A stretch of 63,612 nucleotides of DNA, counting the filler, from Octopus bimaculoides (taxonomy: Eukaryota), in assembly GCF_001194135.2 (NCBI RefSeq). It is 5 parts of 4 records of this genome, joined end to end, with 100 filler letters (N's around TTAATTAATTAA, not from the genome) between each part and the next. Parts side by side here need not be neighbours in the genome. Positions count along the whole stretch, not along the records: positions 43,668 to 58,123 come from NC_068995.1; positions 58,224 to 62,412 come from NC_068991.1; positions 62,513 to 63,612 come from NW_026437910.1; 2 more parts are not named here. One strand, given 5' to 3'. Under the pieces are notes generated by a model, which saw only the letters and a list, made by a program, of their open reading frames with translations, did not search any database and had not been told where the DNA came from. This document shows positions 49,486-63,612 of this stretch, piece after piece. Each line of letters begins with the position of its first letter. Within the stretch, counting starts at the first letter, position 1. Both the position numbers and the translations under genes were made by a program.

Positions 49486-51585
49486 ATTGTCTGCCCAGAA
49501 TTCTTTGCAATTATCAAGCCCGTGCCTCATAAAAACACTCATACGCATTCCCATCCATGATGTCAATAAATACTATTGTTCTAATGTGGAAGATTTTATA
49601 ATTGGTGAAGATTCTTGGCATGAAAATATTGGAATCACTCTTGACCCACAAATAAAGAATATCTATCCACCAATGCAGTGTTGAGCACACATTCTTACTG
49701 TTTTATATGGATACCTATATATNNNNNNNNNNNNNNNNNNNNNNNNNNNNNNNNNNNNNNNNNNNNNNNNNNNNNNNNNNNNNNNNNNNNNNNNNNNNNN
49801 NNNNNNNNNNNNNNNNNNNNNNNNNNNNNNNNNNNNNNNNNNNNNNNNNNNNNNNNNNNNNNNNNNNNNNNNNNNNNNNNNNNNNNNNNNNNNNNNNNNN
49901 NNNNNNNNNNNNNNNNNNNNNNNNNNNNNNNNNNNNNNNNNNNNNNNNNNNNNNNNNNNNNNNNNNNNNNNNAGAGTCTGAAGGTGAGATAGAAAATAAT
50001 CTTTATAATCTACTTGAATTGAGGTGGGATCACTTTAATGTACTCCCACTGACCATGAATCTATGAAAAAGACTCATCACAAACTTTCATAAATAATATA
50101 ATTTGGGATAAAGAAAGAACATATTAAATTTTAGCACACATTTTATTATGACAGTAGGATAAAAAATAGCATCGAGTGCATTGTGAAGTAGAGTTAGAAT
50201 AAGAAAGGTTAATTCATTAAAAAAAAAAAGAAGTCAAATTGTGTTCAATACTTCTTAAAAATTGCAGAGGGTTTTTATTTTGATATTCCTGAATTAGCTT
50301 CTTCAGTCGTGCAGCAACGCATTGATAAGTCATTTTGTTGCTGTTGTTGGTGCTGTTGTTGAGTCTCTACGACGAACGGGTGCAATTTTTGCCTTGCTTA
50401 ATTATTCCTCAAATTTAAGGGCAGTGCATAGTTTCCACAAATTTGGTTGTGTGGATGTTAGTGATGAGCGCAAAACATTGTGGAACTCTTCTAAATAATG
50501 AATTGATAATGATAATAATGATAGTAATAACAATAATAACGATAATTTCACCTATGGTGGAATTTATCATGCTGGAATAAACCGTAGTGGAAGTTACCTA
50601 TGATGAAATTTACGTGATGGAATTTTCCTTGGTGGAATTTACCGCGGTGCAATTTACAGGTCACCGAAATAGCAAGTTTTATGGATGTACAATTGAAGAT
50701 GTTACCGATTCGACCCGTCTCATTCTAAACTAGTCCCTAACTAGAACCTACGTGCAACAGTGTCAAACTTTTCCATATAATATTTTGTTGACTTTGAACG
50801 CATCGAGTAACTCATTTTCCAATATATTTTCCCGTTCTAAACAAAAGCTAACGTTGAATGTGAAAAGAAGAATTTTCTATTTTCAAATGACCGACCACAC
50901 AACAAAAAATATCATCGGCGTTCAAAATTTGAAGATGCTATATATTTTGGTGAATTATAAAGAAGTTGAATAGAAACTCTAGTAACCTTTTATTCAAGGC
51001 TCATTATTTTGTTCGTGCATACTGTCAGGTGAAGTTTGGGTTTATTTCTCCTTGTCTATCAGGATATATATTGTGTCATTGTTGCTTTATAACAATTCTT
51101 TCTCAGCTTCTTTATAGAGAAAAGAGCATTCAAAGACAAAACGAAAGCAAATAAGAAAATCTGTCTAGCAAATTGTATGGGGGATTTAACACGCTTACCC
51201 TCTTTAATAGAGTACTTACTGGTCGTGTGAAGTATATGTGCGTGTGTGTTGGTGAATTCGTTTATTTGTGATTTGTGTTTGGATGCGTGAGTATTTGTAT
51301 AGATACGTCGAAACCTCAAAATAAATACAATTTTTTACTTCATAGTTTTAATACTATCTTTCATAGGTTTAAATTCGTGATTAATTTCTGAAATACTGGA
51401 AATATAGCCACCGACACGCACACATACATGAATACAAGTATTAATATAATTGTTTGCAAATACATAAATATATATATTTATACACATGCATGTATTTATC
51501 TATACATATATATAATATGTATGTTTATATATGTGTGTGTATATATATATGTAAACAAATCTATCTATCTGTCTATGTATCTATA

Positions 51586-51688
<103 letters not shown>

Positions 51689-53053
51689 TGTGTATAGGTT
51701 TTTGATTATATGTCCGTGTGTTTGTGTGTTTAAGTGTGTGTATAAACAAAGATTTTCGTTTGTTGCGGGTGAAATAATAAATCCAAACAAAAACAGAACT
51801 AAATTGTCTCCGAGGAAATTTGGAAGATTTACTGGGAAGTTTCAGCCAATGACGCATTTCAATATACTTGTTTTGCTTTTGTTTTATTGCTTCAAATATA
51901 TGATAAATATACACAGAGCTGCGACAAAATGTTGATAGAACAGTGAACGGTATATTTCATAAGATAACGTCAAATTTTCTTGAATTTTAGTTTCGAATTT
52001 TCCCATGAATGAATTATGATTACATTTCTTTTAGTGATAACAATATTGAAAAATAAAACTGCATAACACAGAAATGAATAAATGATTCCTACATTATTTT
52101 ATTTTATTTTGATTTATTTCTGTTTGTCAGCTCAATCGACAGTGGTTTAGTTATGATAATATAGATTAACTTAACCTCTTTGATATTTTCAGAGCAAAAG
52201 TTAAAAATTTATATTTTCTAGAATAAAAAATATGTGTCTTACATTTCTCCCTGATTTTCTATCTCATTCGACGGGCTCTGGCAGGCGTGCATATTCCCAC
52301 AAACAGAAATACGCGTTAAAACATATTGCATATATTTGTATATCCATGAGAGAGAGAGAGAGAGAGAGAGAGAAACAGAGAGAGAGATAGCATGCTTATA
52401 ATGCACCTGTGCGTGAATGTGTATGTGCAAATGTGTGCACATGCACACGGATATGCATACGTATCAATCTGAATATCAATCTAGCTATTTATTTCCGACA
52501 CAAACACAAAAACACACACACACATACACACATTTACGTGCGTGTGTATGTGTATGTATGTGTGTGTTTAAGTATATACTATTGGTATGTAATTGGAAGA
52601 TCCAAGCATCTAGGTGTAGAAAGTTAGAAAGCTTCCAGCAGCCCGTGCTACGGATATAAAAAAAAAAAAACTTTCAGGAACAATAAAGCATCATTGACGT
52701 AGAAGGTTGAAAACTTTCCTATATTGAAGTTCCATAAGCATAAACAATTTGCTTATTGTTTATGGATAGTAACTAGGTTCGCTATGAATGCGAATATAAA
52801 TCCGAATAGCGGGAATGGATCCAGTAAAATCAAGATTACACTTGTTTCCCGGTTAGCAGATCCTCGGTAGTAATAATTCCTCAACTGGAGGCACTCCGCT
52901 AGCTACTCATGAAGTTGAGGATAGATTGAAAGTTGAAAGTTACGTTGTCATTAAGGAATAACAAGTGTCAACTCATCGGGGATATAATAGTGGTGAATCC
53001 GGAGGAACGGAGTAAAGAAACAAAACAAAGACATATGAATGCAGGAATATATA

Positions 53054-53090
<37 letters not shown>

Positions 53091-53346
53091 TCTTTTACTA
53101 TTTTACTTGTTTCAGTCATTTGAATGTGGCTATGCAGGAGCACCGCCTTTAGTCGAGCAAATCGACCCCAGGATTTATTGTTTGTAAGTCTAGTAGTTAT
53201 TCTATCGGTCACTTGTGCCGAACCGCTAGATAACAGGGATGTAAACACACCAGCATTGGTTGCCAAGTGATGTCGGGGGGACAAACACAGACACACAAAT
53301 ATACACATATATATATATATACATACATACACACACACACACATAC

Positions 53347-53482
<136 letters not shown>

Positions 53483-54392
53483 ATACATATATATATTCAT
53501 GTATGAGTGTATGTTTACATATATATGTATATATATGTATGTCTCTCTCTCTGACTGTATGTATTTATGTATGTATGTATGTAAGCATTATTATTTTAGC
53601 ATTATTATTATTATTTGATAAATCGTTTTGTATACACCTAGTAGTTTGTCGGTAAAGCATATGATTTGCGCAGCGTTCGGTGAGAATCTGTTTAATGAGA
53701 GAGACGGAAGATGGTAGATACAATAATATTAATTAATCACTGCAACTCTATCGACCCATCAACCATCAATCCCTCGTGGGAGGTATATTTTAATACTGTT
53801 TTACGTATATGCCCTGCTGTAGATGTGTTTCCTCAGATGATTTCAAGAGGTGTCTCGTTAAAATAATCTGTTTCGCAAGGTATATATGTATTTCATATAA
53901 AGAAATGGCAAATTAAACGTTACAGCATTATTCTTATAGAAGATCCATATGAAAGATCAGATTCAAAAGAAACAATTATACAATGCAGCGAATAATAGAT
54001 ATAACGGTTAGTAGATATGGATGTACAAATGCGCACATATCTTGCGCACGTACGCTCATTCGTACAAACGCTCACGCATATACAAGCACACAATCGCACG
54101 TGGCTTGTATACTTATACTATTTGTAGAGTCACAAATAACGAAACAACCGATATCCTGTAGAAAACATCAAAGCCAGTGTTAGGATCTCCAGTGTAGTAT
54201 GTCGTATATTTTTGCGCTTTCGGTAAGCGATAATTATTGACAGACGCAAGTTGCTATTTATTTCACTTTAAGCGTTAAAGAATGGTCAATATTTATCCTA
54301 GTAATGTTGGTAACTAGTTTGATATTATTTTTATACGAACGGGAAGTTGGCGGATATTCATTCATACAGTTAGATAAAATGTGTTTATTAAT

Positions 54393-54900
54393 TTAATCAA
54401 CGATTACCAAATTCGTCCCGACAGTATTGTGAAAAGTGCATTGAATAGCATGCAAGCATCTTGATAGTCTTTCAGATAGTGTTTTGAACTGGAGATTCCC
54501 TGCACATCTCTCTATATGTTCGCTTAATGCTATTTGTCTGTACCTTTGGAAACGGACCTGTTCCTTATGCAGATTTGCTCTCTGTCTGTGGGACATCCTC
54601 GTTTCGCTTATATAGTTGTGTCCACATAGTGTACAAGTTATAACATAAATCAATTTTCGGATGCACAGGTGAAATCAGTCTGACTTACGAATCTCTATTC
54701 TTGAAATGGAATTCCAAACATTTCAGTAGGATGGTGCATGTTCGACAGTTTGGATGTTTGCATCTTTTATCTCATGGTCCCGTTGTTGTTAAGTACAATT
54801 TGTAGAATGTGGTTCAACATAGTTAATTTTTGAACAGTGGTGTTATATGCTTCATTTTTTTCTACGGGAAAGTTTATTTAGACGAGGTGCATAATTTCGA
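54393..54900 (-). mobile_element. Penelope-like GIY-YIG fragment
   Basis: Minus strand DFTCASENLIYVITCTLCGHNYISETRMSHRQRANLHK. Confidence 0.75.
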
Positions 54901-55261
54901 TTTGTTTCACTTAGCGAGAAGAGGAAACGTAAAAATTTACAAATTCCAAGGCAATGACAGAAAGAGAAACAAAAAGCGTTTATGATTAGGATGGTCATAA
55001 AAAATGTTTCAACTGAAGAGTAATACTGTGTGTGCATTGTATCTTACAGAAGTAACTGCTTCAAGTTAATCAAGCTTATTCCCTTGTCATTTTAATTTCT
55101 TATTACTGCACTGGACTCGACCGATTCTTTGTACAAATCATATGTATATTGGGTTCTAAAAGCATACTGTTTGTATTGCTATAGCTACGCGAAATTACAT
55201 ACATACATACATTTTTACGTAATACATACATACGTACATACTTACATATACAAATCATAGT

Positions 55262-56050
55262 AAGATTGATCATCAAAGCAGTCTATCATGGGCCAATAGC
55301 CGGATTACTACCACCCATTTTGAATGGTATGCGTTTGCTATTCAGGTACAGGAAATATCAACCAAGTAACTTATGCACGAAAGAGATAAAATGTGACAAA
55401 TGATGCAGACTTCGTGGATTTAAGCCCGAAATATCACCCTCATAAAAGTTGTCCGAAAATGCCATCACGGTAATATCTACCGATGAGACATGATGTTGTA
55501 GCTAGGACACACTATAATGAAATCGGTCGGACGGATAACCCAGAGAATAAAGAAATAAGAACCTACAGTATGGTAGAAGACAGCCACTCATAATACAAAG
55601 GAGTACTGGTGCAATGCCCCAGTGAAAACCTCAATAAAATGTAATCACAACGGACCTGATATAATGATTGAGATAGAGAAGAGAAACTGTATATTGCTGT
55701 GGAAATTAGCTACCCATCAGATGTTAACATAAAGCTGAAGATCAGTGAAAAAGAGAATACCTACACTGAACTATTGAGAAATCTGCAGTTACTTTATCCA
55801 GATTACAAGTTCAGGTTTATGAATTACTGGAGCCTTGGGATGTGTGACAGACTGCCTAAATATTCACCTTGAGAAATTAGGCTTTTCAAAACCAGAGGGA
55901 GAATGATAATTCGAAGACTACAGATCTAATCCATCACTGGAACTGTAAATATCTGTAAAGCTTTCCAGATTGTTATCATTTAAATATATATGAACATGTC
56001 TAGATATGAAACTACATGCATGAGAATACATGCATGAAGCAAAACATACA
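55262..56050 (+). mobile_element. RLE-type non-LTR retrotransposon 3' fragment (R4/HERO/NeSL-like)
   Basis: RHDVVAR, HNGPDI, AVEISYPSDVN..EKENTY..L..LYPDY, TGALG; a second copy of the extreme 3' end lies at about 59455-59650. Confidence 0.75.
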
Positions 56051-56810
56051 AATCTGCACATGTACATACATACGTACATACAAACAAAAATACCCTGTTG
56101 TTGATGGTGAAACTCCCATGAAGGAGTCTTAGATCTAGATTAGAATCCGGTTAACCAATTTCTCTATTGGTTAAAATCTGTGATTTTGGTTAAAATCCTT
56201 TGGTTAAGATCTGCTCCATCAAAGCAGCTCTTAGATATAGGAACAAATTCCTCAATTGATAAGCTAATAAAATAACTTCATGCATCCATACAACAGCGTT
56301 TATCAGACAAACCACAGCTGGAACATTCACTTAAATATCAATGAATTATGGATGGAATTTGCAGTCTTGCTGTCGCACAGAAAACATGGAAATTCGTAAC
56401 AAAGAAATAGATTTGAAGAAGTGAACTGCAGGACAGATATTTTAATCACAAAACTGAAAGTCATTTTTTCAATGAAAATGTATGGAATTTAGTTTTCTGT
56501 CTATGGTCCAAATCATTCGAACATCTACAGATCAAATGCATTATTTCTAAGTATATATATCGGTCAAATTAGGAAATCAATATAGCAAAACCAGAGTAGG
56601 CTCTAAACCACTCAATACTGCTTCATTTCTGGAATGATTAACGGAATGGTAAGGAAATTAGACTTCAAATATTTGAAATAAAATTTAAGCTTTTAGAAAA
56701 TTAAATTTCTATTCCTTCCTTTCCTCGTCTGCATGAAAATCTTCATATCCAAAGGAAAGAAAATGATGCATATAATTTACATACAGCACAGAAACACTCA
56801 TATATATATA

Positions 56811-56842
<32 letters not shown>

Positions 56843-57181
56843 NNNNNNNNNNNNNNNNNNNNNNNNNNNNNNNNNNNNNNNNNNNNNNNNNNNNNNNNNN
56901 NNNNNNNNNNNNNNNNNNNNNNNNNNNNNNNNNNNNNNNNNNNNNNNNNNNNNNNNNNNNNNNNNNNNNNNNNNNNNNNNNNNNNNNNNNNNNNNNNNNN
57001 NNNNNNNNNNNNNNNNNNNNNNNNNNNNNNNNNNNNNNNNNNNNNNNNNNNNNNNNNNNNNNNNNNNNNNNNNNNNNNNNNNNNNNNNNNNNNNNNNNNN
57101 NNNNNNNNNNNNNNNNNNNNNNNNNNNNNNNNNNNNNNNNNNNNNNNNNNNNNNNNNNNNNNNNNNNNNNNNNNNNNNNNN

Positions 57182-57215
<34 letters not shown>

Positions 57216-58361
57216 CTATATGTATGTTATATTCATATACAAATGTGTGTGCATGAGTGAGCTCTTGCGTAGGTGTAAGGTAAGTTAGGACTTTTACACT
57301 CTAATTATTATATCGGTACATTTTAATAATTTTAATAATTTTCCAAAATCTCATCTCGTGATTTAATCATATGTAGTTTGGTAATAGTTTTCCCACAAAA
57401 TACATGAATGCAGACATAAAATATAAAATATGCGCAAACACATACTTATTTCGATTTTAGCCAATAAACGTATAAATAAATCTACGTAATTACTAATATA
57501 TACAGAGAGATATAGAAACACGAACATACACGTCAACGTATGCAGGCGTAGGCAGTCATTTACAAGTGTACATATTCGTATATACTCTAGAAGCATTGCT
57601 CTTACACATAGAATAGTTAACTACATTGCACACATAATTTCATGCGCAAACACGCATATTTTATATATATTGTGTGTATGATTTTCTATCTATATATTCA
57701 TGTGCCTGCATATCTAATGGTATAGATATGTGTGTGTGTGAGTGTGTGTGTACGTGTGTGCATGTGTGTGTGTATATATATGTGTGTATGTGTGTGTGGT
57801 TGTGTGTGCGTGTATGTATATATGTATATATACTGATTGTTTGTAGAAAACATAAATGCGGTGAAGCACACTCTAAGATGTAGAGCAGTGTATATTTTAA
57901 TGGGGAAGGCTGGTTTATGGGATAACCCTCATCATCCCGTCCATAAACCGGCATTCTCCATTAATATATAAATATATGAAAGCACCAAACAGGTAATAAT
58001 AAACAATCCACAACCGAAGAGGAGTTAGATCATTTTTCGTACTTTGTCCTGTACTTATCTCTGTGTGCTTGTGTCTTTTCACTTGTTGGTGATATCCTGT
58101 ACTTAATGTGCATTGTATTTTATNNNNNNNNNNNNNNNNNNNNNNNNNNNNNNNNNNNNNNNNNNNNTTAATTAATTAANNNNNNNNNNNNNNNNNNNNN
58201 NNNNNNNNNNNNNNNNNNNNNNNTATATACACACACATATCTATATGTATGTATGCAGTGTGTATAGTGTGAAGAAAAGAAAATTGAGATTTAGAGATTT
58301 AAGAAGAGATAAAGAAAAGAAAGCCAGACCGTTACACGTACAAACACACACACACACACAG

Positions 58362-58411
<50 letters not shown>

Positions 58412-58907
58412 ACATGTATATATATGTATAAACGTATGCAGAGTCCATTGTGTGCCGTTAATGTGTAAGATATCAGACACATCCCCAGCCGTTGTCCAAA
58501 AATATCTCTGCAAAATACTTTCTGATCTTGAGATAAGATATTGTCAGTAAAAGTATCCACGATCCTGTCTGCAGGAAGGACGCACCTGATGGGCATAACA
58601 AAAGCATTCCAAAACTGGAATATGTGTGTATCCACACCTTTAAAAATAAAGAATATTGATGGAACATTGCAATAACGATACTTAATCCGATGTAAGCACA
58701 AATGGAACATGGAGTCATGCAGAGTTTGAGAGATCGGAAATAGGAATATGGAACGAATGAATTTCGAAATGGAAATATTGAAAGAAAAATGATTGAGGAA
58801 ATAAATATGATAGACGGAAGAAGAAAAAAGAAAGAAAGAAACAAAAACGAGAGAAAGGATAGGATAAAAGGCAGATGAGAGCGGATACAAGAGAGAGAGG
58901 GGGGGAG

Positions 58908-59047
58908 AAGAAGAAGAAGAAGAAGAAGAAGAAGAAGAAGAAGAAGAAGAAGAAGAAGAAGAAGAAGGAGGAGGAGGAGGGGAAGAAGAAGAAGAAGAAG
59001 AAGAAGAAGAAGAAGAAGAAGAAGAAGAAGAAGAAGAAGAAGAAGAA
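58908..59047 (+). repeat. (GAA)n array with a (GGA)n interruption
   Basis: Direct inspection. Confidence 0.95.
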
Positions 59048-59264
59048 ATGAGATGGCAGTAGACGTACAGGTGAGGTAGGAAGGACAGAAAGAAGTAGTG
59101 AAAAATAACCATAAACGAAAAGCAGGAAATGAAATGATGAACAGATGTACAAATATGAGAATGCAATGTTTCTATGAGTCTGTGTATCAGTACGTTTATG
59201 CTTGCGTGTGTATATGTGCGTACACACACACGCACATATATATACTACACATGTGTATGTATAC

Positions 59265-59295
<31 letters not shown>

Positions 59296-59643
59296 CGTTA
59301 ATCTTCATTTGTTTATCGCCATCTAAACGTAGGTGTTCCATAAAAACAGACGATACTATTTTAAACCCAGGAAGCTGTTTCCTCCAGCTGGTTATTCAGT
59401 GCGCTTCGCGCTTGATATATATTGCAAGAGGGGAGAGAACTCCCTACTGTCCTAACTACCTACTATCCTAAATACCAATCTTGAGAAATTAGGCTTCTCA
59501 AAACCAGAAAGGAGAAAGCTAATTTGAAGACTACAGATCCAATCTATCAGCGGAACTGTGAAAATCTGTAAAACTTTCCACAAGTTCATCATCTAAATAT
59601 ATATGAGCATGTCTAGATATGCAACTATATGTACGAGAATACA

Positions 59644-59716
<73 letters not shown>

Positions 59717-59735
59717 ACACACACACATATATATG

Positions 59736-59766
<31 letters not shown>

Positions 59767-59985
59767 NNNNNNNNNNNNNNNNNNNNNNNNNNNNNNNNNN
59801 NNNNNNNNNNNNNNNNNNNNNNNNNNNNNNNNNNNNNNNNNNNNNNNNNNNNNNNNNNNNNNNNNNNNNNNNNNNNNNNNNNNNNNNNNNNNNNNNNNNN
59901 NNNNNNNNNNNNNNNNNNNNNNNNNNNNNNNNNNNNNNNNNNNNNNNNNNNNNNNNNNNNNNNNNNNNNNNNNNNNNNNNNNNNN

Positions 59986-60045
<60 letters not shown>

Positions 60046-61224
60046 TCTGAGTTGTCCTTCATTCTTGTCAAATGGTAAATGTCTGTAGATTCATAGCTTA
60101 TGGAGATCATTCACTTTAGAATTGTTTGGTTTCTTTCAAAGTTTTTCTAATTAGGCTTGAACGATGCTTCGATTTTGGTATCTAGTTTTGGGAAGTTCAG
60201 TGGCATAAACACAAACACACACACACACATATATATAATATATACGAGTGTGTACGTGTGTATAAACATTCTGATGCGCCCTAAGAAAATCTTCTACCAA
60301 TACAGGCTGTGACCTGCTTGTGACCTGTCTGTCACACGAATGTTTATACAAACCTAAATTCTGACACCGAGTTTTACATAATGCTTTACTAAAACCGAAC
60401 AATAAGACATTGGCAAATCACAATCCCTCCCTATTTAAACAATTGGCAGCTGTTTCCTAAGAACAAAAACTTTCTTGGTCAAACCTGAAATAAATCTCTG
60501 ACACATTTCCTCTGATGATAGCCCTGCATTTAAATTGATATAATGATTGTATTGTTTAATTAAATGGAGCCGCTTGAAACAGTCGTACTGCATCACTTCT
60601 TGATATCCTGTTGCTTATTTTGATTAATTGCTAGCCACTAAACCTTTTTCTATTTTCTCTCTCTGCGTATTTCTGTGTTCCTTTCTGTGGAAGAGTGTAG
60701 GTTCGAAACGTAAAAGACTTTCTCACTTCCCGAGCGTAAAATTAATACATCTGTTTCGTCTTTTGTTTTTCGTCTTCGTCTTCGTCTTTTTTCTTTGTTT
60801 TTGTAAATTCTCACTATATNNNNNNNNNNNNNNNNNNNNNNNNNNNNNNNNNNNNNNNNNNNNNNNNNNNNNNNNNNNNNNNNNNNNNNNNNNNNNNNNN
60901 NNNNNNNNNNNNNNNNNNNNNNNNNNNNNNNNNNNNNNNNNNNNNNNNNNNNNNNNNNNNNNNNNNNNNNNNNNNNNNNNNNNNNNNNNNNNNNNNNNNN
61001 NNNNNNNNNNNNNNNNNNNNNNNNNNNNNNNNNNNNNNNNNNNNNNNNNNNNNNNNNNNNNNNNNNNNNNNNNNNNNNNNNNNNNNNNNNNNNNNNNNNN
61101 NNNNNNNNNNNNNNNNNNNNNNNNCGAGTGCATATGTATGTATAAAATCTGATCATAATCGATATAATCCTATTAAAGCTAATTCTAAATATAGCAATGA
61201 TCAATAGCAATAAACAATATCCAC

Positions 61225-61548
61225 AGCAAAAGCAACAACAGCAACAAATACCACTGAAAATACAGCAGCAACAACAACAACAACAACAACAACTACAGCT
61301 GCAGCAATAACAATTACAATGACAACGACAACTACTACCACCACCCCTAACCCTAACCCTAACCCTAACCCCCACCCCCACTACAACCGCTACTACTACT
61401 GCTGCTGCTGCTGCTACTACTAATACTACTGCAACAACTACTACTAGTACTACTACTGCTGCTGCAGCTTCGACTACTGCAACTACTACCACCACCACCA
61501 CCACCACCACCACTACTACTACTTCTACTATAACTGCTACTGCTGCGG

Positions 61549-61609
<61 letters not shown>

Positions 61610-61615
61610 AGCAAA
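61225..61615 (+). repeat. Compound trinucleotide low-complexity tract (CAA/CTA/CTG/CCA) with four CCCTAA units at 61345-61368
   Basis: Direct inspection. Confidence 0.9.
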
Positions 61616-61954
61616 CAATAAGAATTATAATGGCAACGGCATGAACGAAACTATCAACAGTAACANNNNNNNNNNACTACAGCAAACAATAAGAATTATA
61701 ATGGCAACGGCATGAACGAAACTATCAACAGTAACAACAACACCTTCAAAAGCAACAACAACAGCTACAACAACAATAATAATAAAGGCAAACATAACGA
61801 CTACAACTGCAGCAACACCAATGACAATAACAACAGCAACAGCTACGAGAGCGATACTGAAGGTGTTTCCTTTGACGAGGCCCACGGCGGACCTGAGGAT
61901 ATCAGGTTCATTGATAAAGAGTTAAACGTCCCTAGAAATAGTTTCAACATTTTG

Positions 61955-61985
<31 letters not shown>

Positions 61986-62036
61986 CAATGACAATTCAGC
62001 TAAAGGTCAAATTAAGAAGAAGCCGGTTTTTAAACC

Positions 62037-62085
<49 letters not shown>

Positions 62086-62373
62086 TGCGTGTGTGTGTGC
62101 GTGCGCGTAGCGTCTTATTGCGTCGATGTATCTAAACGTTGGCGGTAGCTTATCACATACTCGGTTAAGAAAAATGATGTGTGTATATCGGAAACGGAAT
62201 ATGACAATGACTATCATGATGATGATGATGATGATGATGATGACGATGATGATGATGAGGAGGAGGAGGAGGAAAGGTGCAAAAAATGGAAAGGAGAACC
62301 ATTACAAATGATAACAACTGTTGTTGCTGTTACAGTCGCTGCTCTCTCTCTCTCTCTGTCTCCCTCTATCACT

Positions 62374-62412
<39 letters not shown>

Positions 62413-62969
62413 NNNNNNNNNNNNNNNNNNNNNNNNNNNNNNNNNNNNNNNNNNNNTTAATTAATTAANNNNNNNNNNNNNNNNNNNNNNNNNNNNNNNN
62501 NNNNNNNNNNNNGGTGGTGGTGGTGGTATGAGGAAAGGGAAGATAAATAGTCATGTGGTAATGATGAGGAGTAGGAGTAGGGAGAAAGGGGAAAACTGTC
62601 CTAGAGGGGAGAGAGAAGGAGAAGAACATCTTCGCACCTCACCATAAAGGAGCAGATACAGAATTACACACACACACACACATATATATATACATGTATG
62701 TGTGGGTACGGATATTTATATATTAAGTCTTCACTGAACAATGCATGTATGTGTGTGTGTGTGGGTGTGTGTGAGTATGTGAGTGAGAGAGAGATGCTCT
62801 AAGCACATACATTAAGAATTCATTATGTATGAATGTATATATTCTACACGCAGACACTAAACATATTTGGAGTAGATATAATCAATCTATATCCACGCAT
62901 ATATTTATATGTGTTTATGTATCTACCTATATATATATACATGTATTTATGTATGCATATATATATATT

Positions 62970-63002
<33 letters not shown>

Positions 63003-63008
<6 letters not shown>

Positions 63009-63190
63009 TCATCGTTTAACGTCCGCTTTCCATGCTAGCATGGATTGGACGATTGGACTGGGGACTGGTGAACCAGATGGCTGCACCAGGCTCCAATCTG
63101 ATTTGGCAGAGTTTCTACAGCTGGATGCCCTTCCTAACGCCAACCACTCCGAGAGTGTAGTGGCTGCTATTTATGTGCCACCGGCACGAG
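63003..63190 (-). mobile_element. Family B retroposon copy
   Basis: (CAT)n-CGTTTAACGTCCGCTTTCCATGCTAGCATGG... on the + strand. Confidence 0.85.
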
Positions 63191-63244
63191 CGCATATATG
63201 CTTGCAAGTGTGTGTGTGTGTACATATATAGATAGATAGTAAAG

Positions 63245-63520
63245 GTGCATGGCTTAGTGGTTGGGGTGTTGCACTGATGACATGCTAGATTGTGGTTTCA
63301 ATTCCCAGACCTGCAGTGCATTGTGTTCTTGAGCAAAACACTTCATTCACGTTGCTGTGGTCCACCCAACTGTAAAAGGGTAACCTTGTGACAGATTGGC
63401 ATACAAGTGCGGGATGGTGACTCACTCAGGAAAATCACCTGAACAGGGGTCTCACAGGCCACATTTTTGTATTCAGCAGTGATCAAAAAGATCAATAGTA
63501 TAACCTGCACTGTAAATCCC
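63245..63520 (+). mobile_element. Old tRNA-head SINE
   Basis: TGGCTTAGTGG A-box, GGTTTCAATTCC B-box, then GTGTTCTTGAGCAAAACACTT. Confidence 0.55.
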
Positions 63521-63612
63521 AACCGGTTGGGATTGGGTGTTTAACCATGCCAAAAGATGAAGGAATATATATGTATATATATATATATATGTATATGTAT
63601 ATATATATATAT

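Noticed and set aside
52860-53015. Protein-like frame ILGSNNSSTGGTPLATHEVEDRLKVESYVVIKE
   Set aside because: Short, stop-terminated, with no partner exon or recognisable domain
58291-59341. 314-aa poly-Ser and 208-aa poly-Phe ORFs
   Set aside because: Translations of (GAA)n and (CA)n microsatellites
61608-61735. 60-nt exact direct repeat
   Set aside because: Identical copies flank a 10-N gap; most likely an unmerged contig overlap
60650-62460. Poly-Val, Asn-rich and Asp/Glu-rich ORFs
   Set aside because: Trinucleotide low-complexity sequence lacking stops; no splice or domain support

Overview
AT-rich, microsatellite- and SINE-dense animal genomic DNA. The repeat families look like those of Octopus, so a cephalopod source is inferred rather than shown. 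Four 100-nt N44-TTAATTAATTAA-N44 linkers split the window into five joined pieces (1-12421, 12522-43567, 43668-58123, 58224-62412, 62513-63612), so adjacency across them is not guaranteed. The only well-supported gene is a partial + strand cation-independent mannose-6-phosphate receptor (IGF2R/CI-MPR) in piece 2. It has 12 GT-AG exons (14517-41232; 2365 nt, 788 codons plus 1 nt) whose splice phases all match, and it encodes MRH repeats from the second half of domain 5 to most of domain 10. The rest is mostly transposon debris (RTE, CR1/L2, RLE-type LINE, Penelope-like, mariner, Helitron, several SINE families). Best leads: (1) domain 8 appears to carry a complete Q-R-E-Y sugar-binding signature plus a domain-9-like CHK motif, which human domain 8 as I recall it lacks; (2) a Penelope-associated unit joining a tRNA-like head to a hammerhead-like core; (3) long intronic hairpins and inverted SINE pairs in the IGF2R pre-mRNA; (4) a five-copy head-to-tail SINE stack. 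I found no convincing evidence for a wholly new multi-gene system.
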